From Adineta vaga (taxonomy: Eukaryota; Animalia; Rotifera), in contig CP075497.1 of NCBI GenBank assembly GCA_021613535.1, forward strand, positions 7,502,001 through 7,566,000: DNA of 64,000 nt. The letters run 5' to 3'. The notes beneath the pieces are model-generated. The model did no database searches and had not been told where the DNA came from. It worked only from the letters and a program-made list of their open reading frames with translations. Within the stretch, counting starts at the first letter, position 1; every line of letters starts with the position of its first letter. Below are positions 54,061 through 64,000 of this stretch, in pieces. The position numbers were made by a program, and so were the translations under genes.

Positions 54061-54651
54061 ATGAGCTCGACAAATTACAATAGTTATTCATATAATGAAA
54101 ATCAGGATATTAATCAACAACAATATATTCCTCCAGCAAGATACACTGAAGTGAATCAAAATGGAGATGTTGTCTATCAATCGGATTCCGTTCCTGTAGA
54201 CATTAGTTCAACTTATTTACAACCAAGAGATACAGTTGCACAAAGAAATGCAGCAACAACTGGTGAAACAACAAGTGATCATTATCGAACATTTAACGTT
54301 CCAGCTAAATTCGATAATCCAGGTATAAATTAGATTGTCGTAGTGTTTGAATAATAAATTTTTTTCCCTATTAGATTGGTGGCAAGGATATACTAAGAAA
54401 GAACCAAATCCACTCTATCGAACGACCGCACAAGATTATGGCGCAGAAAAACCTAATATTCATACAATGCCAACTGTCTATCGAACGCAATCAAGTGCAT
54501 TCACAGAAGTATAGACCATGATCTTAGTCTAGTTCATCCCTATTGATCATTGTTTTTCTTTTTATTACAGCATCTTGGGAAATGTGGCATTTATCGTTAC
54601 CAAGGTCTTAATACAACTGTTGACAAAGGACGATATATAGATAAACCCTAA
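54061..54651 (+). CDS. PIERCE1: PIERCE1 (C9orf116)-like ciliary microtubule inner protein; exons 54061-54322, 54375-54508, 54571-54651
   Basis: Spliced product contains FDNPDWWQGY...NPLYRTTAQDYG...HTMP...FTEHLGKCGIYRYQGLNT. Confidence 0.8.
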
Positions 54652-55233
54652 TTTCTCTTTTCTAAGCGTGTAAAAAAATATATTTTAGGCATAATGGCCA
54701 TCATTTTTAAAGAGAAAAAATAAACAATCGAGTATGAATATCTGTATTGAGTTAAAAAAAACAAATGACCTTTTTTTTTCTTCTTCTGGTGTAATCAGTG
54801 ATTTATTTTCGACAATTGTTGACAATAAATAATGTATGAATGAATTGAATACAATGATTAAGAAAACGAAGAAATGCGAGAGAACGTAAACAAACATTCA
54901 TACGTATGAAATCAACATGAATAAGAAGATTAACTCTATATTATCCATAGAATAGAAAAAGAAGAGAAACAATTGAAATCAAAAAGCAGAAGAAGCAAGG
55001 AAAAACTGCTTAAGAATAGGTAAATTCTTTTAATTTTTTTGTTGCTTAGAGTTATTTTCAGACTAGACTACTAACATTAGGTTAGGAAAAGAAAAGTGTA
55101 TAATATAGATGATGATGATGATGATGATCATAGTCGCATTGTGTATTGAGCGAACAAAAACAATAGATGTGTTTCACCGAGATTTTAATCTATAAACAGA
55201 ATTATGGTCGAAATATTGATACAAAATAGACAT

Positions 55234-58200
55234 TTAGAGATCAGTAAAATGATGCTGTTGTCCTGATCCTTGAGACGATGAAGAATATGGATTATAACTA
55301 GCATTATTTTCATTCTGTTGATTAAGAGAAGAATATTGTTTATAAAATTGGTTTTCTGATGGTGGCACTTGTTGAGTAAGTCGTTGACGTAATTGATCAA
55401 CACCTTCACGAGTCATTGGGATTTGTGATTTTTGTTGATCTTGCATTTGTGATTGATTCCATGGTGAATATTCTTGATTTTTCCATTTTGAAAGAACATT
55501 CGATGATGGAAAATTAAAAAAATCATTCGGTTGTTGTTGAGTTGGAGAAAATAATGCTTGAGAATTAGCTGAAGGTGACCATGGTTGTGAAGCAGTTCGC
55601 ATATGTGATTCAGTAATTCCTATTCGCAATCAGATACATTAGATCTTTAAGAAATGAATTATCTTGATATACCTTCACGAATACTTGGTTCGAGACTTAA
55701 ATTCTGCGGTTTTCGAGAATCACTTGCTGAACGTGATGGTTGTGGTGCTATATCTATATACATATACCTACGTTTTGAATTTCATAAAGGAATATACATA
55801 CTTTCGGCATTCCAACTACCAAAACCTTTAGGTTTAGCATTGAAATCACCAAATCTCGGAGTGTTCTGAGTCGGTGGAGGTGAAAGAATTGATTCAGCTA
55901 CAGACGGTGTTTGAGATGGTGGAGCATTGAATTTAGGTCGAACTGGTGTAAAACTCGGTCCTGAATAAGGTCCTTCATCACCAGACCATGATGATGGTGC
56001 ATGTTGACCCCATGGTTTCGTTGTTTCCTGTATCGAAAAGAAAAACAAGATGTTCATTCTAGTATATAAAAAGAAGATTATAATCACATACACTAATATA
56101 ATTTGGTGCTGGTTGATAACCTGTTTTTTTCACATTATTTTCATCAACAACCCATTTTTCTGATCGAGCTTTACGTTTTTGAAACAAAGCAGCACCTTTT
56201 CCACGATTATTATTTAAATCAGCAACAATACTCATCGCTGCTTGTGGGGGAACATTTGTATGTGTTACATGTTCCTAGAAAAAAGCACATGACTTTCTTC
56301 TCATATTAACTTAAATCTATTTATCTTACCTGCATATGTCTTTGTTTAAATTCTTCAGGTGCACCAACATATCGTAATGGATTCATATATTGAGCTTGAT
56401 CTAAACTATGTTTAATACAATCAGGTACACCGGTTGTATCATATGTTAGTGGTTGATGATTTGAATATGATGAATGATTTGGTTGAATTGTATTTAATGG
56501 TCGATAATTACTTGTGCTTAGCGCTGGTGTTGTTGCTTCCGCTTCAAGAGTATATTTTTCAGCTCGTTGACGTTGTTTCTCAAATTTAGAAGCACCTTTT
56601 TGTGTTGGATCACCTCCTTGTAATATAGAAGCAATTTTTCGTGCCATTTTTTTCTGTTCTTCTATTGTTGGATAAGTATTAAATGGAGTTTTAAAGAAGC
56701 TTGAATCGGCATAAATCTTCTCTATATATACACATCATATTCATTAATGAAATAATTTTATTTCATGAGAAAAATATTTACTATTCGCAATAGGTGATTT
56801 GAGCAATTCAGCACCGATTTCATGATCGATACTACCTAAAAATGAACATGAAAGGATTAACAAACAGATGAAAGAAAACTTACTGTCTGATTTCCGTCTT
56901 TGATCTTGTGGAGGTAGTGTTACTTGTGGTTTGAAACGAGCAGCAGCTTGTTGCTGTTCATATAATTGTCGTTGCATTTGTTCTTGTCGTTCGCGTTCGC
57001 GTTCACGTAATTCACGTTCTCGTTGTTCTCGTTCAAGACGTTGTTGTTGTTCTTGTTGATAACGATAGACATCGTACGGTTGTTGCTGTGGTCTAGGTGG
57101 TTCAGGTGGTACATATTCATCATAAGCTTTACTAGTAATTGAACGTATCGGTAAAACAACATTACTAGGTCGTCGATTAGGAATTGCTTGACGACTAATT
57201 TTAGTATAACGTGGACCTGATCCAACACATTCCGAATCACTGTAATAACTTTGATCATTACTTGAAATAATTTTTGTTTTATATTGTGTTGCTGGTGATG
57301 ATGTATAATATGATTGCGATGGTTTTGGCTGTGGTTGTGGTTGTGTTGGACCAATGCGGCGAACATTTGAATTTGATCCTGATCCACCCATTGGACGAAC
57401 AGATATTGATGAACGTTGAAGATCATTTGAATCCGAAATATAACCACTTGACATACCACTATTGTAATTACGTGGTGTATCATACATACTATACGATGGT
57501 GGAGGTGGTGGACGATAGTTAAACGGTTGTCCTCTGTTTGAATTTGATGGCATCGATGGTATATTAGAAGTCACGGCTGCAGTACGAAACATTGCCGGTA
57601 ATGGATTCGGAATTGAACGTCCATAAGAATCCATGTAATGTGAATCACGATTATTATCGTATTGATTAAAACCTGATGTTGATGCATAGGATGGATACGA
57701 GGGTGTCATACGTGACAAATGATATTGATGATAATCCATTGATGGTGATTGTATGTTATGAATAGGACTATTTTCTTTGATATATAAACTTGTATTTAAA
57801 TCAAATTGATCAGAATGAGGTTGTGTAGAACTGAATGATGATAAAGCGAAAAACAAAATTTTTAAGACAAAGCTAACTTTAATAATTACCTTTGTGTATC
57901 GAGAATAAATTGATCACGAACAGTATCAATTACATCATCTATATCTCGTGAGGATTGCTGAAATGATGATATACCATTCACAGAGCCAAGTGTATCACCT
58001 GTTGCAAGACTGCCTAGTGCTGTCTTACCTTGTGTACGAACCTAGAAAATAAAGATGAGAAAGAAAACAATACATACTTTAGCTAAACGAATAGGTCAAG
58101 GATCAATGTCTGAAAGTCAGAAACTCTTCGGAATATTAACTCATTTAAATACAAAAATTTTGATTAATGAATGTCTACTGTTCATAAGAAGTTATTGACA

Positions 58201-60310
58201 GAGAGGGAGGATAGAGAATCAAGATTTTCTTCTAGACAAATAATAACAATGTATGTTTTTATTACAGCAGTTGGAACAATCTGGCCTTAAGACGCCCGAC
58301 ATAACAGGAGGTATGTAATATAGAAAGAAGGATAGATAGTAGAATCAAGACAAGGAAATGATGAGAAAGAGAGTATCTTAATGAGAAAACATTTGACCAG
58401 TAATAAAAGACAAGACAGTTGGTCAGAGAAAAGAAAAACATTCATGAAGTGTAAACGTTTGTGATCTTTTCTAAAGATATGACTAACATAATCGAAATAG
58501 GCAGAAAAGATTTTTTTCCCCTATAACTCTAATGTGACCTATTCTCGCATGTATCAATAAATGGGAAAGACGAACTAATTTTTCTTTTTTCTCTTTATTT
58601 TCCATGTGTGTGTACGTACAGACACAAGCCTCGATAATATTTTTGTCGATAGAAAAAAATATTGTTACTGCTAACTTCGTGTATCAATCATGGAAAAATA
58701 GTACAAAAAAAAGTAGTCTAGATATATTGACAACAGAGAATCACATTTCTCGTGTTCTTTTCTGTTCTATTGCATGATTTTTTTTCATCTATGCTTTGTT
58801 TTCTACGCAATATAAATGCTCTAATGATTGAATGAAGACAGACGAGAAAGAGAAGCATCCATTTAGGATTATCATCGACCAGTTGCCCATTATTGCCCGA
58901 CAACGGTTATACATCTTTTTGTTCTGCAACGACCAGATGTATATTAATAATATGTACAGAAATCTCTGCATCATCATCGTCGTCGTCGTCTTCTTCTCCT
59001 TTTTCTTCTACATGAAAAAACATATATACAAATAAGCAAAACAGAAAAACTCTAAAAGGATTCTATCAAGCAAATATGACATAATGGAGGAAAAGAATCG
59101 GATCGAATAGATCTCTTGGTTATTTCTATCGTTCTCTCTAACGTACTTATTCTTCATTAATATTAGATTGGCATGATAACTAATAGATGAATCGAGTTGA
59201 CCTGAATGTTTTCTCATCATCAAGAATAAAGTGAAAGCAACTTGATAAGGTCTATGTCAATCAATAAAACACCGACGAATAATTTTATCCATATATTTTG
59301 TTTTAATTATGTATAATCGATTCAAGTTTATTATTTTGCCTTTTAGTTTTTTTCTTCTTCTCTTTTAACAACGAAATCAAAACAACCTATGCTAATTTGT
59401 TTCTCGTCATTAATCAACAAAACTGTCAAAAGACAAGGTTAAGTTTTCTTGTTATTGTTCATAACACCTACCGTTTACTGGGAAATTCTTCGTGCTTGTG
59501 TCGTTTATAAATCAAGAAGATATGAACTAGTTTATCCTTCTTTAGATTTGTTTAATAATATTGATAAAATGCGTGTTGAGAAGAATAATCAAATCGTATT
59601 GGCCAGGTTGGTACAAGTTGATGATACACATATATACACACGCACGCTAGCACACAAGCACGACAACAGCTTGTATGCCTTCTAGTCTCAGCGACTGTAC
59701 AAAATCCGTCGTCCTTTCTTTTCCCCCCTTTTTCTATGTGTTTACATGGAATAGCGCAAAAAAAGGTTGTTAAGAATAATAATTGTGTCGATAGAATCAT
59801 CGTCGATGACGACAGTTTCTGTACACAAAAAAAAAGAAGCAAGAAGATCTATCTTGCTGTTTCACGCGCTTCTAACAGCTCTAACCCACCCACACTGTTT
59901 TCTTATGTCTTCGTGCATGGTATGCATCAATTCCAAGGTTGGACGAAAAGACCGGTGTAATGAAACAATCCATCGTTTCAATGAAGAGACAACAACGACG
60001 ACGTAAAAGAAAAAGAAGAAGAAATATACCACTGTCGAAAGACAAAAAGAAAGGATACATTCGGACCAAAACAACAACTAATATTTGAGAATGGAATGTG
60101 TCATTCCTTCGACATACTACACTTGAAAAAGAAAATCATGCCTAGAGAGACAATGAAAGAGATTCTTACATTGGTATCATTATCAGATATATTCGTTTGT
60201 TTTGTTGAGTGAAAATCATCTGCTAATGATTTTAATTCATATTGATAATCGAGTAGTTTATCGGGAGTCATTATATTGAATAATTTGCACGTTCCATTTT
60301 GTACATCCAT
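55234..60310 (-). CDS. Synaptopodin-2/calsarcin-like Z-disc protein with partial PDZ-like exon; first exon uncertain (candidate 60310-60170)
   Basis: Two motifs of the KG..[LK]F.K...R.EK[YW] type (KGASKFEKQRQRAEKY, RGKGAALFQKRKARSEKW); IYADSSF...PTIEEQ..ARKIAS; PDZ-like exon 58041-57890; ends FTDL*. Confidence 0.6.
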
Positions 60311-60629
60311 ATCTGATGATAAATAGAACACTGATATGTAGCTCGTTTTCTTTTCTCACATATTATATCGATGTCAGAATAATGACCAATATAGACACCT
60401 GAACTAGATAGAATGACTAAATAAGAAAAAGAGGTTTATGTAATCCTATCGAAAGAAATCGATATTCTTCGACGTTATTTATCGATGTATGCACACAGCA
60501 TGAGCGAATCAAACAAGAGAGAAAGAGAGAGAGAGTGTATACTATAGATATATTGATTAAACCTTGATGTTGAAAGAAAAAAGAGATGTGTGATAATTGA
60601 TGGTAATAGAGAGATTTATTTAAGCTAAT

Positions 60630-61851
60630 TTATGTATAAGAAAGTATTTGTACATCATATGAACCATCAATCTAAATAGAAAAGACGATGAGAATGTGTT
60701 CTTTCTCTCTGAAGTACTTACATCAAATCGTTTGGCATGATCAGAACCATAATCAGACTGTTGCATTTTAGCACAGATTGTCCACATTGCTTGGAGATGT
60801 TGCGAGAGTTCATTTATTGGTGGTATTCTCTATGAATAGGAGGAAGAAGAAGAAAAAGAAAAAGAAAACGACAGTTCTGGTTCACTTTAGAATAATATCA
60901 AGATAACTTACGGTAAATGTCGTTTCTGTCATTTGATCATCGTTGATCAAGGTACTAGCAAGTAAACGCTCAATTGATGGTTTGCGCTAGAAAGATCAAT
61001 CAATCAAAGGTTATTCTCATGATATCACAATGATAGTGTCAATAACGATGTGAAAAATTAGCTTATAGATATATGAAAAAAGAATGGATTTATTTTGGTT
61101 ATTTTTTAACTTACATCTTTTGATAGGCTTGACTGAAAATGAATTTGAACATTATCAATCGAAAAATCTTTCCAAATTGGTGATGGTTGTTGAAGAAAAA
61201 ATCGAATTTGATATATAGAACGTGGCATAAATAGAAGCTGAAATAGAAAATAAGATTTTTGTATATAAGAAAGAATTGTCATCATCAATACCTGTTTTTG
61301 ATCAAGAATAATATGACTATTACTACCGATTTCACCATGACATGATTCCATTAATCGATATCGATTTAAAACAACGTGCCACTCATCTAATTCAAACATA
61401 CATAAATCTGATACATGAACAGAAATTTATCCACAATTTCAAATGAATCTTATTCATTCATACACTATCTCAGCTCGAATATCAACAAATTATTTCCAAA
61501 TACTTGAATATTAAATGAAACTTAATTATGTGGAAAATATAAGAATACTACAACTTGAAATCATCTTAGTCTAGATGAAAAATATTCGATTCACAAAACC
61601 AATCTTACCGTCAGCATATTGTTTAATTTTAATCGATAAAAAAGCTGTATATTCATTAATAAATTCAATTGATAGAAAGTTCTATATGAAAACACATGTT
61701 TGATTTCTAACTAGAGAAATATTATTGTTACTTTAATTGGATTTTCATTACAAATCCATGTTAACATTTTACATCCGGAATGAAATGGTGCATTTGATCG
61801 ATCTTGTATTGTTAAAAATGTTTGTTCTTTGAATTTAATTTCACTTGTCAT
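60630..61851 (-). CDS. NICN1: Nicolin-1 (tubulin polyglutamylase complex subunit), multi-exon
   Basis: FINEYTAFLSIKIKQ, YRLMESCH, FLQQPSPIWKDFSI, LQAMW and C-terminal RFDIDGSYDVQILSYT*. Confidence 0.85.
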
Positions 61852-62089
61852 TTTCAATTAATTATTTTTCTATCTGTTCATAATCATTTGAGGACAAAAA
61901 TGCTCGTTTCTATAACAATTTAACGGAGGAACTAAACAGATGTCGCAATAATCTTCTCATTGGATATTCTTTTACACCAATAGATGATTTACAAAATAAA
62001 TCTACGAATGTATAAAGTTAAAGAAGAAATTTAGTAAATCACTTTTTTTTCTTCTATTTATTTTTACATCCATAGATAAATAAATATTC

Positions 62090-64000
62090 ATGTGGATCTT
62101 CCAACTAATTTGTTTGATTATCTCTCTAATTCCATCAATAAATACGATCTTAGACGATGACATTTTATTTGATATTAAATGGCAACCAGAATTAACATCG
62201 GTAAGAAAAATTAAATCTTACGAAATATGCATATTTTAATGTTTGTTTGTTTTTTAGTCAATTGAACTTGATAATAGTTATACATTTACATCTAAACGAA
62301 ATGAAAACTATTTGTGTGTTTTACCCAAAACTGAAACGATAGTTCCGGTAAGATATGATCATATTGTTTGTTTCCATGAAATTTCAAATTTCATTTATAG
62401 GTATCAACGGAAACAATTGCATTTGCAGAAGTTGTAAAATTATTAGAAGGTTTACATGCAAAGAAATTATGTGCTTATCGAGTAAGATTCTTCTATTCAT
62501 TGAATTTGTTTTAATAAAATTACTTTCAGTTGGATCCGTATTGGACATATGAATTATGTCATGGTGTTCATATTCGACAATATCATGATTCGAAAGTAGC
62601 AGGAAAAGTAAGAATTTCATTTCATTCGAAAAGATCGATGATTCTTTTTCGTTTTAGAAATCTCTTCTGTTAGAATATTTTTTAGGATATTATCATTCGG
62701 ATAATCAGGATATTATTAATGATTCGGACGGAAAACAAGTATTAAAAGTACGATGTCTTAGAAATCATGAAAGTTTCATTCGCAAAATTGAACTAAATAA
62801 ATTTCTTTAGATTCATTATAAAAATATTGATAATAAGAAAACTCCATCGCTAGCTGTTCGATATACAGATGGTACACCATGCGATATAAAGTCTAATCAA
62901 CCACGTGAAACTATTGTTTATTATAGTAGATATAATCTTCGGCAAATGTTGATAGAAATTATTTGATTTAAATTTAGTCTGTGATGAACGTGGCAATGAT
63001 GTTATCTTAAATTTCGAAGAAATATCAACATGTTACTATGAAATGACGGTTGCATCGCGATGGCTTTGTAAATTACCAGCATTCAGGTATCATTTATTCG
63101 TGGAATAGAAATGATTTTTAGCACAAAATTTTCTCACTTATGAACAATCTGTTGATTGATTCGAGATTGCTCATAGAATCAATATTTCAAATGAAATATT
63201 ACAACACGATCGAGTCGATCTAAACTAAGATTTTTTTGTCTTCGATAAACGATGCGATTATTCGTTTATTTTCTTCTAGCCCAAGTGAAGTAAATCGATA
63301 CAATATAAACTGTTATCCAAAAGAAAATGCACGTCAAAAGCCGCGTAATTTAAAAAAACTTGAAGATGAACGACAAATGTCATTAAAAAAAGGTGGTCGT
63401 GCACAATTCACGGTAAAAACTTTGATTGTGCAATTCTTGATTGTGCAATTACAACCCCATGACATATTTATACCTAGATGACAAGCGCAGACGGAACGAC
63501 ATTTATTATTGCATATGAATATGCTAATGATGCAGATCTTGATGAATTAACCGAAGCAGCTACTCGTGAATTAACCAATAAAGTTACTCAAGCAAGTTCG
63601 ACTGAACATTTTGCCACACCAAGCGATCAAACAGTTCGACAACAACCACAACAACAGCAACCACCATTAGGAAATTTAGGAACAGATGTTGATCGTGAAT
63701 TTCTTGAAGGTTTTCTTTCTGGTCGAGAATGTTTACCCGGTGGATCAGGCTGGTGGCGATATGAAATTTGTTATGGCAAACATGTGATACAATTTCATGT
63801 AAAGAATTTCGAAATTTTGATCAAAGGAAACCAAAAGAAAAGAAATTTTTTGCTTTATAGGAAGAAGGGCAACATCGTACATCGATTTTACTTGGAACAT
63901 GGAATCGTGAAAAACATATTGAATGGCTAAATAAAAATCCGAAGAAAAGACTTGCAGGAAATATTCGAGATCGACAGTAAGCGAAAAAGCGTTCATCATT
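62090..64000 (+). CDS. ERLEC1: ER lectin 1 (XTP3-B) with MRH/PRKCSH domains, 5' part; runs off the window
   Basis: Signal peptide, DDILFDIKW, YWTYELCHGVHIRQYH, YTDGTPCD, EEISTCYYEM, and second MRH domain CLPGGSGWWRYEICYGKHVIQFH. Confidence 0.88.

Noticed and set aside
58078-58109. 32-nt exon-like segment reading PIRLAK, in frame with the PDZ-like exon but preceded by an in-frame TGA (possible readthrough or selenocysteine)
   Set aside because: It would require a 36-nt intron, shorter than the ~50-nt norm here, and no SECIS or other support is visible; likely chance.
1-64000. CRISPR arrays, rRNA/tRNA genes, autonomous transposase or reverse transcriptase ORFs
   Set aside because: None recognised by eye; short ncRNAs could be missed without covariance-model searches.

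Overview
Eukaryotic, AT-rich, gene-dense DNA with many short (~50-60 nt) GT-AG introns. The gene families present (F-box/LRR, ART-TPR, foreign-looking intronless enzymes) point to a bdelloid rotifer; this is an inference, not a database match. From left to right: an F-box gene among MITE-like fragments; an RS/Q-rich gene; a tight co-directional TMEM72-like / mtSSB / CGRRF1-like trio; an intronless ART-TPR gene; a Ly6/uPAR-type gene; a triple OTU-like protein; two HGT-candidate genes (DUF3605-like, sulfotransferase-like); a tandem pair of stonustoxin-like/GTPase fusion genes; an ~18 kb axonemal dynein heavy chain head-to-head with PIERCE1; a synaptopodin/calsarcin-like gene; NICN1; and the 5' part of ERLEC1. 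The best leads are (1) the toxin-like/GTPase pair, in which copy 2 has a remodelled G3 region inside near-identical flanks, (2) operon-like spacing with a splice acceptor at the ATG, (3) a triple OTU protein with split catalytic residues and a PP1-docking motif, and (4) a candidate poison exon in the RS-rich gene. All exon boundaries and family calls were made by eye.
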